Shown: piece after piece, positions 48,771 through 57,413 of the stretch | Layout of the letters: every line of letters starts with the position of its first letter | How positions within the stretch are numbered: the stretch's first letter is position 1 | From: an uncultured Bacteroidota bacterium | GTDB lineage: Bacteria; Bacteroidota; Bacteroidia; Bacteroidales; GWA2-32-17 | Direction of reading: 5' to 3' | Length of the DNA stretch: 64,000 nt | NCBI GenBank assembly: GCA_903837285.1 | Contig: CAILUD010000009.1 | Location: forward strand, 3,284-67,283 | Made by a program: the position numbers and the translations under genes | Notes under the pieces: model-generated | Seen by the model: the letters and a program-made list of their open reading frames with translations, nothing else | Told to the model about the DNA's origin: nothing | Databases searched by the model: none

Positions 48771-49829
48771 ATGTTACTAAAAACTATAGAAATAGAACCT
48801 ATGGAAAATATTAATTGGGGTACATTACCTTTTGGGTATTTAAAAACTGACTTTAATGTTAGGGCTGTATACAAGAATGGATCGTGGAGTAAGCTAGAAG
48901 TTTCTGATTCTGAATATATGCCTGTTCATATTTCTGCTACCGGCTTACATTACGGACAAGAAGCATTTGAAGGAATGAAGGCATATATGGGAAAAGACGG
49001 GAAAGTGCGTATTTTTAGATGGATAGAAAATGCAAAACGTATGCAACGTTCAGCTAAAGGCACATTTATGGCTGAAGTACCAGACGAAATTTTTCATGAA
49101 GCTGTAGTAAAAGCCATTAAATTAAATAAAAGATTTATTCCACCATACGGCACTGGGGCTGCACTTTACATTAGACCTTTGCTTTTTGGCTCTGGTGGCG
49201 AAATTGGTGTAAAACCTTCTTCAGAATATACTTTTATAGTTTTTGTTAGTCCAGTGGGACCATACTTTAAAGAAGGGTTTAATCCAGTAAAAATTGCAAT
49301 AGTTAGAGATAGCGATAGAGCGGCTCCACAAGGAACAGGAACTTTAAAGGTTGGTGGAAACTATGCTGCTAGCCTAAGAGGAATTGCCAAAGCTCATGAT
49401 TTAGGATGTAGTTCACCTTTATATCTTGATTCTAAAGAAAAAAAATATATTGACGAAATTGGTGCTGCAAATTTCTTTGCTATAAAAGACAATACATACA
49501 TTACATCAAAATCTGAATCAATTTTGCCATCTATAACAAACATGAGTTTAATAGATTTAGCAAATGATATTGGACTAAAAACTATTCGCCGGCCAATTGA
49601 TATAAACGAATTAGATTCTTTTGAAGAAGTTGGTGCATGTGGAACAGCAGCTATAATCACTCCAATTGGTGAGATTAAAGATCCTGATTATAATAAATCA
49701 TATAATTATTGTAAAGATGGAAAACCTGGACCAGTGTCATTAAAACTTTACGAAACACTTGTAGGGATTCAATACGGTGAAGTAGCTGACAAACACAATT
49801 GGACAGAAATTATTGAATTTGAATCTTAA
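48771..49829 (+). CDS. ilvE: Branched-chain amino acid aminotransferase (class IV)
   Basis: LHYGQEAFEGMKAY, GTLKVGGNYAASL and GTAAIITPI. The start may instead be the internal ATG at 48801. Confidence 0.9.
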   Translation: MLLKTIEIEPMENINWGTLPFGYLKTDFNVRAVYKNGSWSKLEVSDSEYMPVHISATGLHYGQEAFEGMKAYMGKDGKVRIFRWIENAKRMQRSAKGTFMAEVPDEIFHEAVVKAIKLNKRFIPPYGTGAALYIRPLLFGSGGEIGVKPSSEYTFIVFVSPVGPYFKEGFNPVKIAIVRDSDRAAPQGTGTLKVGGNYAASLRGIAKAHDLGCSSPLYLDSKEKKYIDEIGAANFFAIKDNTYITSKSESILPSITNMSLIDLANDIGLKTIRRPIDINELDSFEEVGACGTAAIITPIGEIKDPDYNKSYNYCKDGKPGPVSLKLYETLVGIQYGEVADKHNWTEIIEFES

Positions 49830-49847
49830 TTTATAGACTTGCTTTAG

Positions 49848-49880
49848 TTTAAACAAAATAAGATTTATATTTTGTTTAAA
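49848..49880 (+). terminator. Weak AT-only hairpin after ilvE
   Basis: 13-bp stem tttaaacaaaata / tattttgtttaaa with a 7-nt loop and no clean T-run. Confidence 0.3.
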
Positions 49881-49945
49881 TTAAAGTTTCTGATTTAATA
49901 ATAAAATCGTGATTTTTTAGTTATTCGTAAATTAAATCAGTTAAC

Positions 49946-52270
49946 ATGCGAACTCTAATTTGTGCTTTATTAATATTTTATACTTTTCAAGGAAAAAGTC
50001 AAGTTCCAGTTGGTAAATGGCGTGCGCACTTACCATATTCCACAGGAATTAATGTAGAACAAGCTGGCGATAGAACTTATTGCTTGTCTACTGGTGGCCT
50101 ATTTGTTTATTCTACTTCTGATAATTCAGCAACTACACTAACTAAAATTAACGGATTATCGGACGTTGTTATAAGCGCATTACAATTTATACCAGAAAAA
50201 AACACATTAGTTATTGGATATGAAAATGGAAATATTGATTTAATAAAAAACAATACTATTTATAATATCTCTGATATTTATAGAAAACAGTTAACTGGCA
50301 ATAAAGCTATTAATAACATTAACTTTATTAATGGCATTACATATTTATCTTGCGGTTTTGGAATAGTAATTTTAGATATAGATAAAAATGAAATTAAAGA
50401 CACATATTTTATTGGGCTAAATGGAACCTATTTAGATGTTTTGGAAATTTGCTCTGATAACGTAAACCTTTATGCTGCAACATCTACAGGTATTTACAAA
50501 GCTCTAGAAAGCAATGAGAATCTAGTAAACTTTGCAAATTGGTCTTTAATAACTGATATTCCAAATTATAACAAAAATTTCAATCACATTGTTTTTTTTG
50601 ATAACCATATTATAACAACGTATAGCAACAGTGCATGGAACAAAGACACAGCCTATATTTATAATAATTCATATTGGGCGAAATTTGATACGAGTATGAA
50701 ACAGATTAATAATATGATTGTTTCTGGCAATAAATTAATTATTATTAGCGAAAATTCTTTTAAAACATATAGCTCTTTTTCAGATTTAACCGGAGCAGTT
50801 TATTATGGTTTTTCTTCAGCTGGTTCGGCACCAAGAGACGCTGAATTTTCAAGTGATGGTACTTTATGGATTGCAGATAATATATCAGGATTAGTTTGGT
50901 TAAAACCTGGCGCATACATTTATGAATTCACTTCACCGAACGGACCTGCACAAACAAGCGCTAAAAGTGTTGTAGCAACAAAAGACGAAGTTATTATAGT
51001 CCCAGGCGGGCGTGATCCTTCATGGAATAATTTATGGAATTCTGGTGCAATTTATTGGTTCAAAAATCAAAAATGGACAAATCTTTCTGCTAGTCAGGTT
51101 CCTGAATTAGAAACGCTAAAAAGTCCAGATATATGCGAAATTGCAGTAAACCCAGTAAATTCAAAACAAGTATTTTTTGGCTCGTATGGCGGTGGAGTTC
51201 TTGAATTTAATAACGGAAGCTATACAGCACACTTTACCGAAACTAATAGTAGCTTACAAAATATTTTCCCAGGAAGTCCATATTTAAGAATTGGCGGCAT
51301 TGCAGTTGATGAAGACGAAAACTTATGGGTAACATGTTGTGGAGTTCAAAATTCAGTATCAGTTAAAAATAAAAATGGAACATGGAAAGGTTTTGCTCTT
51401 GGCAATGACATGGGAGTATCTGATATTGGAAAAATAATTTGCGCTAAAAATGGCATTAAATGGATTATATTACCCAGAGGTAGAGGACTTTTTGCATTTA
51501 ACGAAAATGAAACCATTGATAATACAAGCGATGACAAAAAGAAATATGTTAGCGTTATGGATGAAAATGGTGATGTTATTGCAAATGATATTCATGCAAT
51601 TGCTGAAGATAAAGAAGGCTTAATATGGGTTGGAACAAATAAAGGTATAGTATTTTATTATAATCCCGAAAATGTTTTTGAAAGCACTGCTTTCTATGCT
51701 CAGCAAATTAAAATTCCTAATGAAAATCCAGGGCAGGCAAATTTTCTTCTCGAAGCAGAAACTGTTACTGCCATTGCAATTGACGGTGCAAATCATAAAT
51801 GGTTTGGAACCGAAAATGGTGGAGTATTTATGATGTCGGCAGATGCTACAAAAGAACTTTTGCACTTTACTAAAGAAAATAGTCCTTTATTATCTAATTC
51901 TATTCTTGGTATAACAATAGAACCAAATTCAGGCGAAGTATTTTTTGCAACAGATAAAGGTGTTATTTCATACAGATCAACAACTACCGAAGGTGAGGAA
52001 TCTTTTCATAATGTATATGCGTTTCCAAACCCAGTAAAACCAGGCTACGAAGGTCTAATTGCAATCACTGGATTGGTAACTGACGCAGATATTAAAATTT
52101 CTGACATAGCAGGTAATGTTGTATATCAAACAAAAGCTGAGGGCGGACAAGCAACATGGAATGGGAGAAAATTCAGTGGCGAAAAAGTGCAGACCGGAGT
52201 GTATTTGGTTTTTTGTAGTAATGATGATGGATCGAAAACCTATATCACCAAAATATTATTTATCAATTAA
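49946..52270 (+). CDS. PorZ-like T9SS protein: double beta-propeller (two-component-regulator propeller type) plus C-terminal sorting domain
   Basis: 774 aa with a signal peptide and repeated ...GL..(F/Y)... propeller blades. The C-terminus reads VYAFPNPVKPGYEGLIAITGL...TGVYLVFCSNDDGSKTYITKILFIN. Confidence 0.55.
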   Translation: MRTLICALLIFYTFQGKSQVPVGKWRAHLPYSTGINVEQAGDRTYCLSTGGLFVYSTSDNSATTLTKINGLSDVVISALQFIPEKNTLVIGYENGNIDLIKNNTIYNISDIYRKQLTGNKAINNINFINGITYLSCGFGIVILDIDKNEIKDTYFIGLNGTYLDVLEICSDNVNLYAATSTGIYKALESNENLVNFANWSLITDIPNYNKNFNHIVFFDNHIITTYSNSAWNKDTAYIYNNSYWAKFDTSMKQINNMIVSGNKLIIISENSFKTYSSFSDLTGAVYYGFSSAGSAPRDAEFSSDGTLWIADNISGLVWLKPGAYIYEFTSPNGPAQTSAKSVVATKDEVIIVPGGRDPSWNNLWNSGAIYWFKNQKWTNLSASQVPELETLKSPDICEIAVNPVNSKQVFFGSYGGGVLEFNNGSYTAHFTETNSSLQNIFPGSPYLRIGGIAVDEDENLWVTCCGVQNSVSVKNKNGTWKGFALGNDMGVSDIGKIICAKNGIKWIILPRGRGLFAFNENETIDNTSDDKKKYVSVMDENGDVIANDIHAIAEDKEGLIWVGTNKGIVFYYNPENVFESTAFYAQQIKIPNENPGQANFLLEAETVTAIAIDGANHKWFGTENGGVFMMSADATKELLHFTKENSPLLSNSILGITIEPNSGEVFFATDKGVISYRSTTTEGEESFHNVYAFPNPVKPGYEGLIAITGLVTDADIKISDIAGNVVYQTKAEGGQATWNGRKFSGEKVQTGVYLVFCSNDDGSKTYITKILFIN

Positions 52271-52284
52271 ACTTGAATAACAAA

Positions 52285-54798
52285 TTAGAATTTAAACTGC
52301 ATACTTACCCTAATTCCCCATTTGGCAATATTTGGGTTTTTTAAGTATGAAAATCTCCAAACACCATCAATACGAATAATTTTAAAGATATTTTCTATCC
52401 CTATTCCACCTTCAACATAAGGTTTTAAATTCTTAATATTTTGGCTTCCATCTAATGTTCCTAAGCCATCAGGAAATGCCATTACATCAAGATTTTTTCT
52501 TTCAATACTTCCAATTAATCCTTTACCCCACGCTACTTCTCTCCATTTTAGTTTACGTAGTAATGGAAATTTATTTAATAACAAACCATCAAAATAATGA
52601 GTCCATGTTAAGCTAAGCCATTGGTCACTTACAAATTCATAATAGTTCATCAAATTAAATGAATATTCATCGTAAAAATAAGTCTGATTTCCTTCATGCA
52701 GTTTTAAAAGTGGATAAGGCAAAGTACCAAATATTTTACCTCCTTCTAAAACATACTTAGAATATCCAAATGGATATATATTAAACCAATGATCAATTGT
52801 AAGTATTAATTTATGATATGGAAATGTATTATTCCAAACACCATCCAAACCATATGAATAATTAACATTAAACACAGGATATTTCGTACCTAAACTAATT
52901 CTATCAAACTCTCCCATAACAAATTTCTCATGATAAGCAAAACGAATGTTAATGATGAAATCACTAGTGTACAATATTTTTTTATGAATAATTTCATTCC
53001 CACTTTTTATATTAAACGTATCACCGGGTATTGGTAACATTTCTCGATGTTTAAATATAAAATTATTTGAAAAACCCTGAAACCACTCGTGTTCATAATT
53101 AACTTTATATTCCTGAACCATCGATAGCTTATCGCTCGATCCTCTTCTCAATGCAGATGCAAGAATATTATCTTCTTTAAATGCATTAACAGATTGCCCT
53201 AATTGCTCTAAATCGTGTTTATAAGCAAGCGTGATACCTCGTCTAGGGTTTTTGTTAAACATATAAATTAACTTCCCGCTATATTTTAATCTCTCGTCTT
53301 TTGTACCATACGCAGTATATGCCTCGAGCATGATTTTTTTACTAAATGTATTACTTGTTCTTGCACCAATTCTAAATCTATTTCCTTCAATTGTATTAAA
53401 ACTATAGGCTGTAAAATAGGGACCAAGTTCAAACTTACCCCAAACATAATAAGAAGTAATAAATGCATTTAATATATCATAATAAGTTCTAAACGCTCTA
53501 ATAGTTTTAATGGTATCTACCATTTTAAAAATTCCTTTTTCTTTTTCAGTAAGTTCCTCGTGTCTGGCATTATTCCAAAATGCAGTATCTTTATTTCCAG
53601 CTTCTTCATCAACTAAGATATCAGTAGTAGAGGCATAAAAAGCATCATCCTTGGGAATATTTATTTTATGATTTCTAAAAGTTGTGGTTTTATTTCCAAA
53701 AAATCCCATTGTATTATTAGGATTTTCGAATAAGTTAAAATCAACAACCATAGTTTCTTTATTTAGCAACCAAGCAGTTGTATCGATAAGGTTAAATTCC
53801 TGACTAATATTTACACTATTAATAAAATTAATATTTACAGATTTATCAATCTTGATTTCAATTTTCTTTATTGCAAAAGTTGTATCGGCAATCCAAAAAT
53901 CACCATTAAAAACATTTTCTTCTTTAATTCTAGGATGAAATACCATATGATAACACCAGTTATTATCAACAAATCCGCTATCAACTAAAAAATATTTATA
54001 GTACATTCTACCAATACCCGCAACCGGACTAATAAAACCTTTACCAAAAATATCTATGTAGTTATCATATAAATTCATTTTGATAAACATATTACCCATT
54101 AGCTGATTTATACTCTGATTTTGTATACCTGAAGCATGTGAAGCTTTTATAAACTCACGTTCTGCCTTTGGCTGTTTTCTATAATAGAAGTCGGCTACCG
54201 ACTCAATTATAAATACAGGCAAATATGGTTTTCCATTAACAGTAGATGTATCTATATATTGAAAAACAAACTTAAAAGGTTTTAATACCCGTCTGTTTTT
54301 AAATTCTTCTGTAATATTATTTAAATCGAATTCAATTTTATTATAAGTCTCATACTCATAATAGTCCAGCTTCTCTGTATTATTTTTATCCTTATACTCT
54401 AATATTTTATCTAGAAGAACTAATGCTAGTTCATCTTTTGTTCTGGAACGTTTTTTTACCGCGACAACAACTTCCTCTAATTCAAGAGATGATGGAGTTA
54501 ATTCGAAATTTACAGTTTGAAATTTATTTCTTATAATCTTTTTGGCACTTCTCTTATAACCTATATATGATGCTGCTATAGAATCAACTGGCAAAGTTGT
54601 TTCAAGTTTAAAATTTCCATTATAATCAGTAATTGCTCCTTTTTTTGTCCCGACAAAAGATACACTTACAAAAGGTAATGATTCTTTTGTTTTTGCATCA
54701 CTAACATGTCCCATAAGCTTAGTGACTTGAGCTTGTGACAATTGCCAACAAAAAAATAAAAATATTGAGAGTGAAAATATCTTAAAAAATCTATTCAT
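52285..54798 (-). CDS. Large outer-membrane protein with N-terminal carboxypeptidase-regulatory-like domain (DUF5686-like by recall)
   Basis: Signal peptide, GHVSDAKTKESLPFVSVSFVGTKKGAITDYNGNFKL, an aromatic-rich beta body and a C-terminal ...VSMQFKF. Confidence 0.55.
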   Translation of the reverse strand: MNRFFKIFSLSIFLFFCWQLSQAQVTKLMGHVSDAKTKESLPFVSVSFVGTKKGAITDYNGNFKLETTLPVDSIAASYIGYKRSAKKIIRNKFQTVNFELTPSSLELEEVVVAVKKRSRTKDELALVLLDKILEYKDKNNTEKLDYYEYETYNKIEFDLNNITEEFKNRRVLKPFKFVFQYIDTSTVNGKPYLPVFIIESVADFYYRKQPKAEREFIKASHASGIQNQSINQLMGNMFIKMNLYDNYIDIFGKGFISPVAGIGRMYYKYFLVDSGFVDNNWCYHMVFHPRIKEENVFNGDFWIADTTFAIKKIEIKIDKSVNINFINSVNISQEFNLIDTTAWLLNKETMVVDFNLFENPNNTMGFFGNKTTTFRNHKINIPKDDAFYASTTDILVDEEAGNKDTAFWNNARHEELTEKEKGIFKMVDTIKTIRAFRTYYDILNAFITSYYVWGKFELGPYFTAYSFNTIEGNRFRIGARTSNTFSKKIMLEAYTAYGTKDERLKYSGKLIYMFNKNPRRGITLAYKHDLEQLGQSVNAFKEDNILASALRRGSSDKLSMVQEYKVNYEHEWFQGFSNNFIFKHREMLPIPGDTFNIKSGNEIIHKKILYTSDFIINIRFAYHEKFVMGEFDRISLGTKYPVFNVNYSYGLDGVWNNTFPYHKLILTIDHWFNIYPFGYSKYVLEGGKIFGTLPYPLLKLHEGNQTYFYDEYSFNLMNYYEFVSDQWLSLTWTHYFDGLLLNKFPLLRKLKWREVAWGKGLIGSIERKNLDVMAFPDGLGTLDGSQNIKNLKPYVEGGIGIENIFKIIRIDGVWRFSYLKNPNIAKWGIRVSMQFKF

Positions 54799-54808
54799 AA
54801 TAAGTTAT

Positions 54809-54816
54809 CAAAGATA
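54809..54816 (-). promoter_or_regulatory. -7 box TATCTTTG (minus strand), very close to the start
   Basis: The plus strand reads CAAAGATA, only 10 nt upstream of ATG 54798. Confidence 0.25.
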
Positions 54817-54848
54817 ACGAAAGAGAATTTAAAAATATACTATAACAA

Positions 54849-54877
54849 AAAAGCTGCCTTAATTTAAGGCAGCTTTT
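54849..54877 (-). terminator. Intrinsic terminator of the 54902..56659 gene
   Basis: Stem aaaagctgcctta / taaggcagctttt. On the minus strand GCTGCCTTAAATTAAGGCAGC is followed by TTTTTTG. Confidence 0.65.
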
Positions 54878-54901
54878 AAGAATTATTATTTTTTCAGTTT
54901 A

Positions 54902-56659
54902 TTATTTTACAACTGATTTAAATGTATCGTCGTTAAAATATTTTGCAAATTCCATATCAGTTTTTGCATCGTTTGCAAGCTTAGCATTTTTGCTAATTGC
55001 TGCGCGTAAACTGTTATACATTAAATCTGTGTTTGAAGAACGTGCGCCAATGATTGCTTTTAAATAATACATCATATCACGATCTTTATCTTCAGCGCAA
55101 TCAATTGCTTTATTAGCAGCATCTGTATTTGCAGTAAGTAATTTTGCTAAAGCAGCATTAAATGTGCAATATGAACCAAAATATGTAACTGCACCATTAT
55201 AATCAGCTTTTTTAACTGCACAAATTCCTAAGTTATAATTAACTTCTGAACCTGCACCACCTGCTGATTTAAAATATTCTTCAGCTTTTACAAAGTCACC
55301 ATCACGTAATGAACTTGCACCAAGGTTGTTTAAAACGATAGTATTTCCAGCATCTAATGATTTTGCTTTTTCGAATTGAGCTTTTGCATCAGCATTTTTA
55401 TCTTGTTGAATTAATACAGCACCAGCGTTATTAAAGCCTCTCCAATCGTTTGGATTTTGTGTTGCAGTAGTTTGATAAATTGATAACTGACGGTTTAAGT
55501 CTTTTGTTAAAGTTGCAGTAAAAAGTAATTCTTCTATTGAAAGAACTGAAGGGTTTGCATTAAAAGTAGAATCTAATTCTTTATCTGAACGACCAATACT
55601 ATCAACGTTTACAGTTAAAACTGATCTTCTTAATTTTGGTAAAACTTTATCAGCTACCTGTGTATATGCTTTACTTATGTTTTTAATTTCTTTTTCGCGT
55701 TGAATAGGATCTGAATACATAGAAAGAACGCGAACAATAAGATCTTTATCAGCTATATCAGAAGCACCCATCAAACTTTGGAAACCATCCCAATCTTCAG
55801 CTGTTGCTTTTTCGGTAAAGAATCCTTGAGTTTTTGCTTTTTCGTATTTTTTAAATTCACCTTTTATAGCAGTTGTTCCACTTGTACCACGATTTGTAGA
55901 TAATTTAGCGTTTAACTCTTCTGTTCCATCTGGTGATGAATATGAAGAAACAAAAACACCTTTAATATCTTTTCTAGGGTTTGTTTGAGCATTAGCTAAA
56001 TATTTTTTCAAAGCTTTCATTTCGTCTTTTGACATTTCACCTGGACGAACTCCTGACTGATTGATAACATACATAATGTTAGCTTCTCTTGTTTCAGGGA
56101 TAATGCGAACAAATTTGTCTTTGCCAAAAATAGCTTTTGAATCTTTTTCAAGTAAACCAGGAGTAGCGATAGTTCCTTTTCCAACGTTTACAGGTTCAAA
56201 ATCAACGAATTTTTTCTTAACAACTGCATGAATTTTTACATTCACATCGCAAATACGCATATCTTGTGTATAAGCAACTTTATCTGTATATGAAAAACCT
56301 CCACCAGCAAGCAAATTAATAACAGCATTATTATCCTGAACTTTTTCGCCCTGAACTTTTATTGTTTTTAAAGCAACCTCGGTTCCACTTGCAGATTTAA
56401 GTACCGGAGTAATTTCACAAGTAACTTTTTTCTTGTAGTATTTTTCAGGGAATTTACCTGTAACATTTACTACAACGCTGTCAGCGTGCATTTCTAATGG
56501 ATTTGGTGCAAGGGTGTAAGTAATTACTCCTTGTTTTTTTTTCATCTTTTTCAATCCGGTACAGCTACTGAATGCAAAAGCCACTACCATAATGGATGCA
56601 AGATAAATGAAACTGCTTCTTTTCATAAATATCTGATAATTTAATTGTTTTGTTTTCAA
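54902..56659 (-). CDS. Lipoprotein with degenerate OmpA-like segment and C-terminal TPR-like repeats
   Basis: Lipobox AFAFSSCTG; SSYSSPDGTEELNAKLSTNRG resembles the OmpA-C TD..G....N..LS..RA motif; the tail is helical and A/N/K-rich. An alternative start is ATG 56626. Confidence 0.5.
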   Translation of the reverse strand: MKTKQLNYQIFMKRSSFIYLASIMVVAFAFSSCTGLKKMKKKQGVITYTLAPNPLEMHADSVVVNVTGKFPEKYYKKKVTCEITPVLKSASGTEVALKTIKVQGEKVQDNNAVINLLAGGGFSYTDKVAYTQDMRICDVNVKIHAVVKKKFVDFEPVNVGKGTIATPGLLEKDSKAIFGKDKFVRIIPETREANIMYVINQSGVRPGEMSKDEMKALKKYLANAQTNPRKDIKGVFVSSYSSPDGTEELNAKLSTNRGTSGTTAIKGEFKKYEKAKTQGFFTEKATAEDWDGFQSLMGASDIADKDLIVRVLSMYSDPIQREKEIKNISKAYTQVADKVLPKLRRSVLTVNVDSIGRSDKELDSTFNANPSVLSIEELLFTATLTKDLNRQLSIYQTTATQNPNDWRGFNNAGAVLIQQDKNADAKAQFEKAKSLDAGNTIVLNNLGASSLRDGDFVKAEEYFKSAGGAGSEVNYNLGICAVKKADYNGAVTYFGSYCTFNAALAKLLTANTDAANKAIDCAEDKDRDMMYYLKAIIGARSSNTDLMYNSLRAAISKNAKLANDAKTDMEFAKYFNDDTFKSVVK

Positions 56660-56678
56660 TTCTATGAATTTAAAGGTA

Positions 56679-56686
56679 CAAAATTA
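56679..56686 (-). promoter_or_regulatory. -7 box TAATTTTG (minus strand)
   Basis: The plus strand reads CAAAATTA, 19 nt upstream of ATG 56659. Confidence 0.35.
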
Positions 56687-56732
56687 TAAATGTTTTGTAA
56701 ATAAAAAACAGTTTCTTAACATAAAAAACTAT

Positions 56733-57371
56733 TTAGTGAATAATTGTAGTTGAGCCCGGCTCGTAATCGTTGTGGAATATAGCGTTGGTGATCTTTTGAT
56801 AATGTTCTGGATTGTTCACAAAATTTAAATTATTTGCATCAATTATTAAAGTGGTTAACTGTGACTGATGCTTTATAAACTCCAGATAGCTTCCATGAAT
56901 CTTCTCAAGATACTCACCTGTAATATTTTGCTCATATGCTCTTCCTCTTAAATTTATTTGATATAAGAGTCGCTCCGTTGACATGCTCAAATAAACAAAA
57001 AGATCGGGTTTGGGTAACGATTTATGAATAATGTCGAATAATTGACGATAAAGATTAAACTCATCATCAGACAGAGTCTGTTTGCTAAATATTAAAGATT
57101 TCATAAAATAATAATCAGCAATTGTAATTGGCCTGAATAAATCGGGATTTGTTAACTCTTCTTTTAGCTGATGATATCTATCAGCCAGAAAAGATAATTC
57201 TACCGGAAAAGCATACCGCTCTTGGTTTTCGTAAAATTTGGGAAGAAATGGATTTTCAGCAAATCGCTCCAAAATAAGTTTAGCGTTATAATCGGCTGCA
57301 ATTTTTTTGGATAAGGTTGTTTTTCCTACTCCAATATTACCTTCGATAACTATAAATCTTAATTTAGACAT
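56733..57371 (-). CDS. Deoxynucleoside kinase
   Basis: P-loop IEGNIGVGKTTL, ERFAENPFLPKFY and FLADRYH. Confidence 0.85.
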   Translation of the reverse strand: MSKLRFIVIEGNIGVGKTTLSKKIAADYNAKLILERFAENPFLPKFYENQERYAFPVELSFLADRYHQLKEELTNPDLFRPITIADYYFMKSLIFSKQTLSDDEFNLYRQLFDIIHKSLPKPDLFVYLSMSTERLLYQINLRGRAYEQNITGEYLEKIHGSYLEFIKHQSQLTTLIIDANNLNFVNNPEHYQKITNAIFHNDYEPGSTTIIH

Positions 57372-57379
57372 GTCTTACA

Positions 57380-57410
57380 ACTTTAGACACTTTAGTCACT
57401 TTAGTCACTT
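57380..57410 (-). repeat. 9-nt tandem repeat (about 3.4 copies), GTGACTAAA on the minus strand
   Basis: The plus strand reads actttagac actttagtc actttagtc actt. It fills most of the 42-nt gap between the peptidase stop and the kinase ATG. Confidence 0.85.
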
Positions 57411-57413
57411 CTT

